From NCBI GenBank assembly GCA_965223155.1, contig CBDCVR010000015.1:320001-384000 (forward strand): 64,000 nt of DNA, read 5' to 3'. Positions 19,663-30,388 of the stretch are shown here, one piece after another. Within the stretch, counting starts at the first letter, position 1; each line of letters begins with the position of its first letter. Position numbers and translations under genes: made by a program. The stretch is from Candidatus Multivoradales bacterium (lineage in GTDB: Bacteria; Acidobacteriota; Thermoanaerobaculia; Multivoradales; JAHEKO01). The notes below the pieces were generated by a model. The model did no database searches. It was given only the letters and a program-made list of their open reading frames with translations, and was not told where the DNA came from.

Positions 19663-20793
19663 ATGACGCGAATCCTGTACCTGTCGCAATCCTACGTACC
19701 CTCACGTCGAGCGAACTCGGTTCAAGTCATGCAGATGTGCGCTGCCATCTCCGACTTGGGACACGAGGTCGAATTGCTCACGAAGGGAGCCGATCAGGGC
19801 CTTGACGCCGGCACGGATGTCCATGGGTTCTACGGGGTTCGGCCATCTTTCCCCGTCGTGTCTCGTCCGCGACCTCGATTCCCGGGTGGAGGCACCGCGT
19901 ATGCTCTTGCGCTGGCGCAATCGCTCAATGGCAGGAAGAAGGCGATCGACCTGGCCTACAGCCGTGACCCCGTAGGCGTCTGGCTCGCCCCCCGGCTGGG
20001 GGTCCCCACCGTCGCCGAGGTGCATGCCATGCCCAAGCCCGGCTGGCAGGCAAGCTGGTTTCGGTCGATGCTCCGCCAAGACAATCTGGTGCGGGTTGTC
20101 GCCATCACCGAGGCGCTTCGCCGCGACCTCGAAGATGGGTTCGGCCAACTCGGAGACCGCATTCTGGTGGCCCCGGACGCCGTGCGCGACGATTTCTGTC
20201 CGGACTTCGGCGCCCAGAGACGCGAGCGGGCCGCCGGCGCCGGCACGCCTCGGGTGGGCTATGTCGGCAACCTCTATTCCGGCCGGGGCATCGAGCTCAT
20301 CGCCGAGCTGGCGTCTTCGATGCCCGATGTCGCCTTTCACGTCGTCGGCGGCAGCGATCAGGCGGTGGCCCGCTTTCGGGCCAGGTACCCACGGCCGAAT
20401 CTGACCTTCGCAGGCTTCGTCCCGCCCGCCCATTTGGCACGGGAGTTCGCCAAGCTGGACGTGCTCCTGATGCCCCATCAGTATCGCGTCGGGACGGGCA
20501 AGGAACGAAGCGACATCGCCCGCTGGACCTCGCCGATGAAGATGTTCGAGTACATGGCCACCGGACTGCCGATCGTCGCGTCTGATCTGCCAGTGCTTGG
20601 AGAGGTTCTACGCCACGGAGATAACGCTTTGCTGGTCCCGCCGGACGCCGCCGCCGCCTGGCAGGACACGATCCGCCGGGTCCTGACCGACCGGGATCTC
20701 GCCACGCGGCTAGGCGCCACGGCGCGAAGCGAGGTCCTGGCCAACTACACCTGGCATCGCCGAGCCGAACGGGTCCTGCATGGCCTCGTCTGA
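19663..20793 (+). CDS. glycosyltransferase family 4
   Basis: ANSVQVMQM, YVGNLYSGRG, SPMKMFEYMATGLPIVASDLP. Confidence 0.9.
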   Translation: MTRILYLSQSYVPSRRANSVQVMQMCAAISDLGHEVELLTKGADQGLDAGTDVHGFYGVRPSFPVVSRPRPRFPGGGTAYALALAQSLNGRKKAIDLAYSRDPVGVWLAPRLGVPTVAEVHAMPKPGWQASWFRSMLRQDNLVRVVAITEALRRDLEDGFGQLGDRILVAPDAVRDDFCPDFGAQRRERAAGAGTPRVGYVGNLYSGRGIELIAELASSMPDVAFHVVGGSDQAVARFRARYPRPNLTFAGFVPPAHLAREFAKLDVLLMPHQYRVGTGKERSDIARWTSPMKMFEYMATGLPIVASDLPVLGEVLRHGDNALLVPPDAAAAWQDTIRRVLTDRDLATRLGATARSEVLANYTWHRRAERVLHGLV

Positions 20794-21892
20794 CGCTCCC
20801 CGGAGCGTTTTCATCGTCCGGCCGGCTTTGAGCCAGGGCGGAGCGGATCGCGTAACCCTGACTCTCCTCGAACGGCTCGACCGTTCCCGCTTTCGTCCCG
20901 TCTTGGTCCTTCTTCGCCGAGATGGCGAGCTTCTCGACCTCGTTCCAGACGACGTCCCTATCCTTCGATTGCACACCTCGAGTCTAGGAACCGCTTGGCT
21001 CCCGCTGGCCCGGCTGCTGCGCGCTGAACGCCCGGAGATCATGCTGTCAACCTCAGGCGGGGCGAACGTCGCCGCCGCCCTGGCCCATCGGGCAACGCGG
21101 TCGGCCTCCCGGCTGGTCTTGTCCGAGCGCAACGTACTCTTCCGCCCACCCATGGACCTGAGACGCCGGCTCCTACTCCTGGCAAAGCGCCGGCTCTACG
21201 GGCGGGCGGATGCCGTGATCGCGGTTTCGAACCAAGTTCGGCAGGACCTTCTCGAACACCTCGATCTGGACGGTTCGAAGCTCCACGTCGTAGACAACCC
21301 CGTTGTGGATGATGCCTTTGCCGGGCGCGCCGCACAGCCCTGCGGGCATACCTGGTTTGACGAGGAAACGCCGGTCGTTCTCGCCGCCGGCCGCCTGGTT
21401 CCGGTCAAGGGCTTCGACACCCTGCTCCACGCTTTCGCCGCCGTCGCCAAGCGGCACCCAGCCCGGTTGATCCTCCTGGGCGAGGGTCCCGAGCGGGACC
21501 GTCTCGAAGCCCTCGCCGAGACGTTGGGCCTGGCCGACTCGGTTTCGATGCCGGGCTTTGCCGCCAACCCTCTGGCCTTCATGTCCCGCTGTGAGGTCTT
21601 CGTGCTAAGTTCCCGCGCGGAAGGCCTGCCGGGCGTCCTGATTCAGGCCATGGCCTGCGGCGCGGCCTCGGTTTCGACCGATTGCAAGGCGGGACCGTCC
21701 GAGATTCTCCGCCACGAAGAAACCGGTCTCCTTGTCCCCGTGGACGACTCCCACGCCCTGGCCGAAGCGATCTTGCGCTACCTGAAGGATTCCGACTACC
21801 GGCAGGCGACCGGCAAACGCGCTCGGGAATCCGTCGAGAGGTTTCATGTCGATCGGACCGTTCCTCGCTACGAGGAGATCCTCCTGGGATGA
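20780..21892 (+). CDS. glycosyltransferase family 4 (PglJ/WabH-like)
   Basis: GGADRV, AGRLVPVKGF, SSRAEGLPGVLIQAMACG. Confidence 0.9.
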   Translation: MASSDAPRSVFIVRPALSQGGADRVTLTLLERLDRSRFRPVLVLLRRDGELLDLVPDDVPILRLHTSSLGTAWLPLARLLRAERPEIMLSTSGGANVAAALAHRATRSASRLVLSERNVLFRPPMDLRRRLLLLAKRRLYGRADAVIAVSNQVRQDLLEHLDLDGSKLHVVDNPVVDDAFAGRAAQPCGHTWFDEETPVVLAAGRLVPVKGFDTLLHAFAAVAKRHPARLILLGEGPERDRLEALAETLGLADSVSMPGFAANPLAFMSRCEVFVLSSRAEGLPGVLIQAMACGAASVSTDCKAGPSEILRHEETGLLVPVDDSHALAEAILRYLKDSDYRQATGKRARESVERFHVDRTVPRYEEILLG

Positions 21893-22950
21893 CCGAGCTG
21901 GCAGTCGGCCTCGCGGGTTGCGGCCATATTTCCGGAAAGCACGTCGAGGGTTGGCGACGAGCCAAAGGCTCCAAGCTGGTCGGCCTCTTCGACGTCCGCC
22001 GGCCGAGCGCCGAAACGCTGCGCGCTCGCTTCCCCGGGCTCGAGCTCACCGTCTTCGATTCCGTCGGCGAGCTGGCCGGCGAATGCGACATCCTCGACAT
22101 CTGCACCCCGCCCCAGACGCATCGCGATTTGCTCGAGCTCGCCATCAAGAACGACTGTCACATCCTGGTCGAAAAACCCGTGGTGACCTCGGTCGCGGAC
22201 TGGGATCGTCTGCTGCCGGCTCTCGAAGCCTCCGGACGCTCGCTCACCGTCGTTCATAACCTCAAGTTCTCGCGGAGCGCCGCGCGCGCCAAGCAATGGA
22301 TCGACGAGGGCCGGATCGGAGATCTGCTCAGGTTGGAATGGAGCTTCATGACCAGCCCCGCCAGCGACCGGATGCTGACCGATCCCGACCACTGGTCCCG
22401 GAGCCTTCCCGGAGGCCGTTGGTTCGAAACCCTGCCTCACAATCTCTACCTGACCCACTTCTTCGCCGGTCCCATGCGGCCGCGGTCGGCGGTGGTGCGC
22501 TCGGGCCGGCCTGAACACGCCGACGAAGCCTTGATCGTCTTGAAGAGCACGTCGTGCCTCGCTACCGTCCACTTCTCCTCAAACTGCGAGATCAACCATC
22601 GCTGGGGGACGCTCATCGGCAGCAAGGGCATCATCGACTTGGATCTTCTGGCCGACGCCGCGACTCTGCACACGGGAGCGGACTCGAAGGCGGGCCGGGC
22701 GGTGAGCCGGACTCTGACCGGCGCCCTCGGCACGCTAAGCCAGATCCTCCCCGACCGGGCCGCCTATCTGGCCGGAAAGACGACGGGCAGCTCGCCCCAC
22801 GCACGACTCATCGGCCTCCTGGACGAACATCTTGGCTCGGACGGACCGGCGCCGACACCCATCGACGAGGTCGACTACGTCATTCGCACCTGTCCCGAGA
22901 TCGGCGACCTCATCGACGGCGCGCTCGCGGCGGACCATGGCTCGCGTTGA
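21889..22950 (+). CDS. Gfo/Idh/MocA oxidoreductase
   Basis: GCGHIS, ICTPPQTH, VEKP. Confidence 0.85.
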   Translation: MTELAVGLAGCGHISGKHVEGWRRAKGSKLVGLFDVRRPSAETLRARFPGLELTVFDSVGELAGECDILDICTPPQTHRDLLELAIKNDCHILVEKPVVTSVADWDRLLPALEASGRSLTVVHNLKFSRSAARAKQWIDEGRIGDLLRLEWSFMTSPASDRMLTDPDHWSRSLPGGRWFETLPHNLYLTHFFAGPMRPRSAVVRSGRPEHADEALIVLKSTSCLATVHFSSNCEINHRWGTLIGSKGIIDLDLLADAATLHTGADSKAGRAVSRTLTGALGTLSQILPDRAAYLAGKTTGSSPHARLIGLLDEHLGSDGPAPTPIDEVDYVIRTCPEIGDLIDGALAADHGSR

Positions 22951-24130
22951 CTTTCTGATCGCCAACGGCGGACACCATACCGCCGCCGCGCTGCCGGTGA
23001 TCCGCGAGCTCCGGAAACGGGGCGACTGCATCTGCCGAGCGGCCTCCATCGCCGAGCTACGCGGCCTGGAGTCCCCCATCGGGCGGTTCGCCGAAGAGGG
23101 TGTGCCTCTGGTGCCGATCCTGCCGCTCAAGCTCAGGCCGTCGCCCGCCGCTGGCCGGTCGCTAGCGCTCGACGGTGCGGTGCCAGTGCGTAAGACCTTG
23201 CATCGAGCCGTTTGGCGGCTGCTCTTGCGCCCCGGTCTCGAGGACTTCTTCGATGCTGGCACCGACCTGGCCGTCTTGCCCAACGACGGCAACTTCCCCT
23301 ACGACCGGATCGCCGAGCTTCTCCATCGGCGTTCGATCCCGTTTCTGATTCTGCAAGAAGGCATTCGCTTCGACGTGCCGTACTGGACGCCCCGCGGGGG
23401 GAGCGGAGCCGCCGCATTCGCCCTGTGGGGCGAGACCAGCCGGGAATACTTTGCCGGCCGCGGCGTGCCGCCCGAGCGGCTGCACGTGACCGGGGCGCCG
23501 CGATTGGATCCGATCGTCAACCGCGACTGGACCGAAGAAGCCGCCGCGGTTCGGCACCGCCTGGGCGGCGAGATCGAGATCCTGCTCTTTCTGTCCAATC
23601 CGATCGACGACCTCGGCTACACGACCGCGACCGGCAAGGACGACTTGATCGTCGAGTTCGCGCGGGCCACTGCGCCGCGGGCCGAGGCGAATCCCCGGTT
23701 CCGCCTGGTCATCAAGCTCCACCCGAGAGAGTCCGAGGAAGCCCTCGCTCGAAGGCTCGAGCGCCTCGCTCACTACGACTCGATTGTCCTCACCACTCAC
23801 GAACCCCTTTACCCGCTCCTTGCCGCCAGCCGGGCAGCGGTAACGTTCGCCTCCACGGTCGGTCTCGAGGCCATGCTCCTGGACGTGCCGCTTGGGATCC
23901 TCGAGATTCCCGGCCATGGCTTCGTGCACGACTACGTGGCCAGCGGCGCCGCGGCCGGGATCGAGTGGGGACAAGCGCCTTCCACATCCCTGGCGGCCCT
24001 GCTGGACACGGTGGCCGGCGGTTCCTCGGCCGCTCGCGCCACCTACCTCGAGCGCAACACGGCTCATGCCGGAGGCGCGGCGGCCCGGGTGGCCGACCTG
24101 GTTCGAGATATGCTCGGCACGAAGCCGTGA
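22937..24130 (+). CDS. GT-B transferase, CDP-glycerol/CMP-ulosonate transferase-like
   Basis: QEG, VTGAPRLD, IKLHPRE, STVGLEAMLLDVP. Confidence 0.7.
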   Translation: MARVDFLIANGGHHTAAALPVIRELRKRGDCICRAASIAELRGLESPIGRFAEEGVPLVPILPLKLRPSPAAGRSLALDGAVPVRKTLHRAVWRLLLRPGLEDFFDAGTDLAVLPNDGNFPYDRIAELLHRRSIPFLILQEGIRFDVPYWTPRGGSGAAAFALWGETSREYFAGRGVPPERLHVTGAPRLDPIVNRDWTEEAAAVRHRLGGEIEILLFLSNPIDDLGYTTATGKDDLIVEFARATAPRAEANPRFRLVIKLHPRESEEALARRLERLAHYDSIVLTTHEPLYPLLAASRAAVTFASTVGLEAMLLDVPLGILEIPGHGFVHDYVASGAAAGIEWGQAPSTSLAALLDTVAGGSSAARATYLERNTAHAGGAAARVADLVRDMLGTKP

Positions 24131-25518
24131 GTTCCATCCCGCGACCTGAGACTCTCCAAGTTCCCGGGCTGTCCCCCACACTCGCACCGCGGCCACTTCC
24201 CCGCATCTTCGCGATCGCAATCGGCCTCTGGTTCCTCTTTGCCTTCGTCACCAAGGTCAACCTGATCCCCGGGATGGTGCAGAACATCGGTCCGTTCGAA
24301 TTCCTCGGAGCGGTCATGTTCGGCGTCTTTCTCGCCTCTCCGGCGCGTAGAAGAGTCAATCCCAGACATCCCTTGATCGCAACCATGGCGATCCTTCTCG
24401 TCATGGCGGCCGCCTCCCAGGTCGTGCTGCCGCCCAACAGGGCCAAGTACGGAATGGTGCAAGTAGCCGTCTTGGCCTTCCTGCTTGCCTACTTGACGAT
24501 TTTCTCGGGCCTGACGCGGCGTCATCGTCTGCTCATGAACGCCCTGGTACCGGTCATCGTCCTCGCGGCCCTGGCCGCCGGCGCAGTGATCGTAAGCCAG
24601 GGGGTCGATGCCGGCATCGAGGAAGCCGGTATCTTCCGCGGCCGGGCCCACATGGCGACCTACATGCTGACCTCGTTCTGGCTGTGCCTGATCGGCTTTT
24701 TCTGGCCGCTCAGCCCGAGATGGGTGCGGCTGGCAGCGATTCCCGGTCTCGCCTTCGCCCTCTACTGCGTGGCCATCTCGGGCCGGCGCTCGGCCTATCT
24801 GGCTCTCTTCGCGGGTCTCGCGGCCCTGGGGGCGTCGGTGCTGGTGGCCCAGAAAGGCAAGCGCTTGCGCTGGCTGGTGGCAGCGACCGTCTCGTTCGGC
24901 GTCCTGATCGGCATGTACTCGGTGGGTTCGAATTTCTCGCGGCGAACAGCCTTTTTTCAGGCCCGCGTTCACCTGGTGGACGACCGGCTCCGATCCTTCC
25001 TGGGCACCGACGACGGTCCCGAGGTCGAAAACAGCTTTTACGCCCTGCAGCGCCAGGGTGTCCGAGCTGCTCTTCTCACCTCACCACTCATTGGCATCGG
25101 CTGGGGCGGGTTCGCAGGCTCCGAGTATTCCCCAACCGGGCACGAGATCCACAGCACGCCGCTGCGCTTCTTGGCCGAGCTCGGTGTGGTCGGTTTCGCC
25201 CTCTATCTAGCCTTCATGGGTTTCCTTCTAGCGGGCTCGGCCCGCTTGTTCTTGACCATGCGCGCTTCGCCCTATGGCAACGCCTACCTGGCGCTGGCGA
25301 TCGCCATCTGGAGCATGTCGATCAGTTACGTCTACAACCGCCACATCACGGAACGCACTTTCTGGATTTTCCTGGCGGTCTACCTGGCGATGGAAGCCTT
25401 CGCCGAGTACTGGCAGACCCTCAACCGGGCATCGCGCAACCGCGCTGGCGAAGCGCCGCGCCTGCGCTCGGTGCCGCCCACGCCGCTTGCGGACCCTGCC
25501 TTCGGCAATGCCCCTTGA
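24127..25518 (+). CDS. Wzy polymerase / O-antigen ligase family membrane protein
   Basis: About 11 TMs; SGRRSA, PLIGIGWGGF, HEIHST..LAELGVVG. Confidence 0.8.
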   Translation: MSSIPRPETLQVPGLSPTLAPRPLPRIFAIAIGLWFLFAFVTKVNLIPGMVQNIGPFEFLGAVMFGVFLASPARRRVNPRHPLIATMAILLVMAAASQVVLPPNRAKYGMVQVAVLAFLLAYLTIFSGLTRRHRLLMNALVPVIVLAALAAGAVIVSQGVDAGIEEAGIFRGRAHMATYMLTSFWLCLIGFFWPLSPRWVRLAAIPGLAFALYCVAISGRRSAYLALFAGLAALGASVLVAQKGKRLRWLVAATVSFGVLIGMYSVGSNFSRRTAFFQARVHLVDDRLRSFLGTDDGPEVENSFYALQRQGVRAALLTSPLIGIGWGGFAGSEYSPTGHEIHSTPLRFLAELGVVGFALYLAFMGFLLAGSARLFLTMRASPYGNAYLALAIAIWSMSISYVYNRHITERTFWIFLAVYLAMEAFAEYWQTLNRASRNRAGEAPRLRSVPPTPLADPAFGNAP

Positions 25519-26727
25519 CCCGCGGCCCGAGGATCGGGCTGCCGGTGCGAACCGGCCGCTTCTCGCCATCGCCGTGACGCATCCGATGACCGCCGACCTC
25601 CTCTTACGCGGCCAGCTCGGGTACCTTCGTCGTCAGGGATTCGCGCTCCACCTCATCTCTTCGCCGGGGGCCCAGTTGGACCGGGTCGCCGCCCGCGAGG
25701 GCGTTGAGCACACGGTCCTGCCCATGCGGCGGGACATGAGCCCGTTGGCCGATCTCATCGCCCTCGTCCGGTACCTGCGCCTCTTTCGCAAGCTTCGTCC
25801 CGACATCCTCTCCGCCGGCACCCCGAAGGCCGGCTTGCTGGCGACGCTCGGCGCGCGGCTGGCCGGCGTCGCCACCCGCATCTACACCGTCCGTGGGCTT
25901 CGTTCCGAGACCGCGCGCGGATGGCGCGCGGCGCTGCTCCGATTCGCCGAGCGGACCGCCGCGGCCTCGGCCACCCATGTCGTCTGTGTCAGCCCGAGCC
26001 TGGCTGCCGAGTACGCGAGCCGCGGCTTCGCCCCTCGAAACCGCATCCGAGTCCTGGGCTCCGGTTCCTCCAACGGAGTCGACACGGAACGTTTCTCACC
26101 ACCTGGAGCCGAGGATCGCGCGCGTGCCCGGGATCGCCTCCGGATTCCCGCCGACGCCTTGGTCGTCGGCTTCGTCGGGCGGCTGGTCCGGGACAAGGGC
26201 GTCGAGGACTTAGCCGCCGCCTTCCAGGCACTCTTCCGCGAGTACCCGGATGTCTACCTCCTCCTGGCCGGCGAGTTCGAGGACGGGGACGCCGTCTCCC
26301 GGAGGGTACGGACCGAGCTTGAAGAGCATCCGCGGGTCGCCGTCCTAGGCTTCGTCGAGGACCCCGTAGCCGCGTACCACGCGATGGATGTGCTGGTCCT
26401 GCCCTCCTCTCGCGAGGGATTCCCCAACGCCGTTCTCGAAGGCTCGGCCTGCGCTTTGCCGGTGGTCGCGTACGATGCCACCGGTAGCCGGGACGCGGTC
26501 GCTCCCGGCACCACCGGACAACTGGCGGAACTCGGGAACCCCGACGCCCTGGCCCGAGCGCTCGGCACCTACCTCGACGACCCCGCGCTCCGCGCCGCTC
26601 ACGGCCGGGCCGGCCGCAAACGGGTCCTCGATCACTTTCGAAACGAGACGGTCTGGGCCACCTGGGCCGATCTCTATCGAGAGCTCCTGGACACCTCGGA
26701 CCTCGCGACGGACCAGGTACGGACGTC

Positions 26728-26731
<4 letters not shown>
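25508..26731 (+). CDS. glycosyltransferase family 4 (CapM/PglA-like)
   Basis: TPKAGLL, GSSNGVD, FVGRLVRDKG, REGFPNAVLE. Confidence 0.9.
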
Positions 26732-27419
<688 letters not shown>

Positions 27420-27423
<4 letters not shown>

Positions 27424-28037
27424 AGTCCCTCGTGTTGGGCGGAGGAGGCCACGCCAAGGTCGTGGTCAGCACGCTCCAGGCCGCCGGTACGGAGCCGGCC
27501 GCGGTCTACGACGACGACTCGACGAAGTGGGGCACGGAGCTCCTGGGCGTCCCGATCGCGGGCGCACTCGACGACGCCGCGGGCGCCGCCGGGGCAGCGA
27601 TTCTGGCTTTCGGCAACAACCGGCTGCGCCGCCGTTTCGCCGCGCGCTTCGAGCTCGACTGGACCTCGGTGATCCACCCCACGGCCTGGGTCCATTCTTC
27701 GGTGACTCTCGGGCAAGGCTCGATCGTTTGCGCCGGCGCCGTGATCCAGCCCGGCGCCCGCATCGGCGACCACGTAATCGTCAACACAGCGGCCTCGATC
27801 GACCATGATTGCCAGGTCCCGAGCTTCTGCCACGTGGCTCCGGGAGCGCGGCTGGCGGGAGGCGTCCGCCTGGGAGAAGGCTGTCTGGTCGGCATCGGAG
27901 CCGCCGTCCTGCCGGGTGTCATCGCCGGGCCATGGGCTCGGATCGGCGCCGGGGCGGCGGTCCTCGGCGACGTGCCGGCCGAAGCCACCGCCGTCGGTGT
28001 TCCGGCCCAGATCCTGGAAGCGAGTTCCGGTGGCTGA
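27420..28037 (+). CDS. hexapeptide-repeat sugar N-acetyltransferase (PglD/NeuD-like)
   Basis: GGGHAKVV, IHPTA, IDHDC, VGVPA. Confidence 0.9.
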
Positions 28038-29178
28038 GTCCCCTATCTACCTTTCCCCGCCCCTGCTTGCGGGCTCGGAGCTGGACCGGATCCGGGAGGC
28101 GCTCGATTCGAACTGGATTGCTCCCCTGGGACCCCAGGTCGACGCCTTCGAACGCGAATTCGCCGCGGCCGTGGCCGTTCCCCATGCCGCGGCCCTGTCC
28201 TCCGGGACCGCCGCCCTCCACCTCGCCCTCCGGCTCGTCGGCGTTCAGCCGGGAGACGAGGTCCTGTGCTCGACGTTGACCTTCGTCGCCAGCACTAACG
28301 CGATTCGCTACCTGGGAGCGGAGCCGGTCCTGATCGACGCGTCTCGAGGCACCTGGAATCTGGATCCCGACCTGCTCGAGGCGGAGCTCGAGAGCTCGGC
28401 CCGGTCCGGGAAGCTGCCGAAGGCCGTGGTCGTTGTCGACCTCTACGGTCAGAGCGCCGACTACGACCGCATCGTGCCGATCTGCAAGCGCTTCGACGTC
28501 CCGGTGGTCGAAGACGCGGCCGAGGCCCTGGGCGCCACCTACCGCGGCCGGCCGGTGGGAAGCTTCGGACACGTCGGAACGTTCTCCTTCAACGGCAACA
28601 AGATCATCACCACGTCGGGTGGCGGCATGCTCGTTGCCTCCGACCCGGAGCTCGTCGCCAGGGCCCGCTTTCTGGCGGCACAGGCTCGCGAGCAGACCCA
28701 TCACTATGAGCACAAGGAGCTCGGCTACAACTACCGCATGTCCAATCTCCTGGCCGCGGTCGGGCGCGCTCAGCTCGCCGATCTCGAACGCCGGGTGAAG
28801 AAGCGCCGCAAGAACTTCGAGCTCTATCGCGAGGCCTTCGCCGGTTGCGAGGGGCTCGACTTCATGCCCGAAGCCGACTACGGCCGCTCGAACCGCTGGC
28901 TGACGTGCCTGCTGGTCGATCGCGAGCGCTTCGGCGCCTCGCCCGAGGCCATCCGCCTGGCCCTCGAAGCCGAGGCCATCGAAGCGCGTCCGGTCTGGAA
29001 ACCGATGCACCGGCAGCCTCTCTACGCGGGCTGCAGAGCAGTACTCAACGGCGTCGCCGACGAGCTTTTCGCCAACGGCCTGTGCCTGCCGAGCGGCACC
29101 GAGCTTCGCCCCGAACAGATCGAGCGGATCGCCGGCATTGTCCGTCACGCCCCCCAGCGGTCCACCGCGGCTCGATGA
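28030..29178 (+). CDS. DegT/DnrJ/StrS aminotransferase (PglE/EpsN-like)
   Basis: SSGTAALH, EDAAEALG, SFNGNKIITTSGGG, GYNYRMSN, LCLPSG. Confidence 0.92.
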   Translation: MAESPIYLSPPLLAGSELDRIREALDSNWIAPLGPQVDAFEREFAAAVAVPHAAALSSGTAALHLALRLVGVQPGDEVLCSTLTFVASTNAIRYLGAEPVLIDASRGTWNLDPDLLEAELESSARSGKLPKAVVVVDLYGQSADYDRIVPICKRFDVPVVEDAAEALGATYRGRPVGSFGHVGTFSFNGNKIITTSGGGMLVASDPELVARARFLAAQAREQTHHYEHKELGYNYRMSNLLAAVGRAQLADLERRVKKRRKNFELYREAFAGCEGLDFMPEADYGRSNRWLTCLLVDRERFGASPEAIRLALEAEAIEARPVWKPMHRQPLYAGCRAVLNGVADELFANGLCLPSGTELRPEQIERIAGIVRHAPQRSTAAR

Positions 29179-30239
29179 GCCCGGCGCTTCCCGCCCGGAT
29201 CCCGGACCTCGAAGCCACACCTGATCTCGACTGGGTCCTGCGCGCGGCCTTCCTGAAAGCCACGGTACCGTTCCCGATCCCGACCGGCGCGGTCGCCATG
29301 GCACTTAGCCTGGGCCTGGGCGAGCGCATCTGGGCTCGCCACGGCCCCGATTTGCCGGACCAGGCGGACCAGGACGCCGGCCAGCCGCTCCGGCTCGCGC
29401 ATCACCGGGCGGCCGCTCTCGGGATGCTCCACTTGGAGCTCGCCGAACGGCTTGGCGAAGTTGGCGAGAGAGAGTCCATTCCCCTTGTCCTCTTGAAGGG
29501 AACCGCGCTTCTAGCGGCCGGCGATCTCGAGCCCGGAGCCAGAATCGTGACCGACTTGGACGTACTCGTGCCCGAGCCCCAGGCAGCGGCTTTCCAGCGG
29601 CTCCTGATCGAGACCGGCGCCCGCGAGGAAGACGAGCCCGGCACCGAGCATCATCTCCCCCGGCTCGCCTTCCCGACTGGAGCGGCCCTCGACATCCATG
29701 TCCGCCTGCCCGGTTTGAAGCTGGGGACTCCCCGGCGAGACGCCACCTACGATCTCTTGGAGGAAGCCGGAGGGATGGTGCCTCTTGAGAGCTTCGGCGC
29801 CGGAGTCTCGAGACCCAGCCGCCGCTCTCTGGCCGCCCACCTCCTGGTCCACGGCTTCGAGCAGCACCTGCTGCGTTCGGGCTACCCACTGATGCGAGCC
29901 GTCGGCGACCTCGCCGATCTCCTGGCCGACGACGACGATTGGAGCGCCTTCGAGCGACAATTCGGAGACGCCACCGAGCTGGCCGTGCCCCTGGGGCTTC
30001 GTCGCTCGGTGCGAAGTCTGGTTCGGGCACTGAAGGCCGGTGGGCTGGTCGATGAGCTCGCCAGCTCCCCGGACGAACCCGCGTCGCGCCTTCTCCGGCA
30101 CATTGTCGCCACCGCCACCAGGCCCGACTACACCGAATCGCTCCGCTGGCTCCATCGCTGGCGCAAGCTCTCGGCCTCCGCCCGCCAGGGCGAAGCGGCA
30201 AGCCACGTCCGCCGTAAGCTCCAGGACTGGCTGCGCTAG
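29175..30239 (+). CDS. uncharacterised nucleotidyltransferase (NTP_transf_5-like)
   Basis: LLKGTAL, R...DLDVLV, HHLP, LDIH, HLLVH. Confidence 0.78.
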   Translation: MSPALPARIPDLEATPDLDWVLRAAFLKATVPFPIPTGAVAMALSLGLGERIWARHGPDLPDQADQDAGQPLRLAHHRAAALGMLHLELAERLGEVGERESIPLVLLKGTALLAAGDLEPGARIVTDLDVLVPEPQAAAFQRLLIETGAREEDEPGTEHHLPRLAFPTGAALDIHVRLPGLKLGTPRRDATYDLLEEAGGMVPLESFGAGVSRPSRRSLAAHLLVHGFEQHLLRSGYPLMRAVGDLADLLADDDDWSAFERQFGDATELAVPLGLRRSVRSLVRALKAGGLVDELASSPDEPASRLLRHIVATATRPDYTESLRWLHRWRKLSASARQGEAASHVRRKLQDWLR

Positions 30240-30388
30240 CCAAGATCACCGCTCGGCAACCGGCAATACAGCCGCTGGCGGCCGCGCGCAGTCGAGGCAG
30301 CGTTCCCCGGCCAAACCCTCCAGTGCCCCAGATCACAGGCCCCCGGGCGCCGTTTCGTTAGAATTACAGCTTCGCACGAGTTCCCGGC

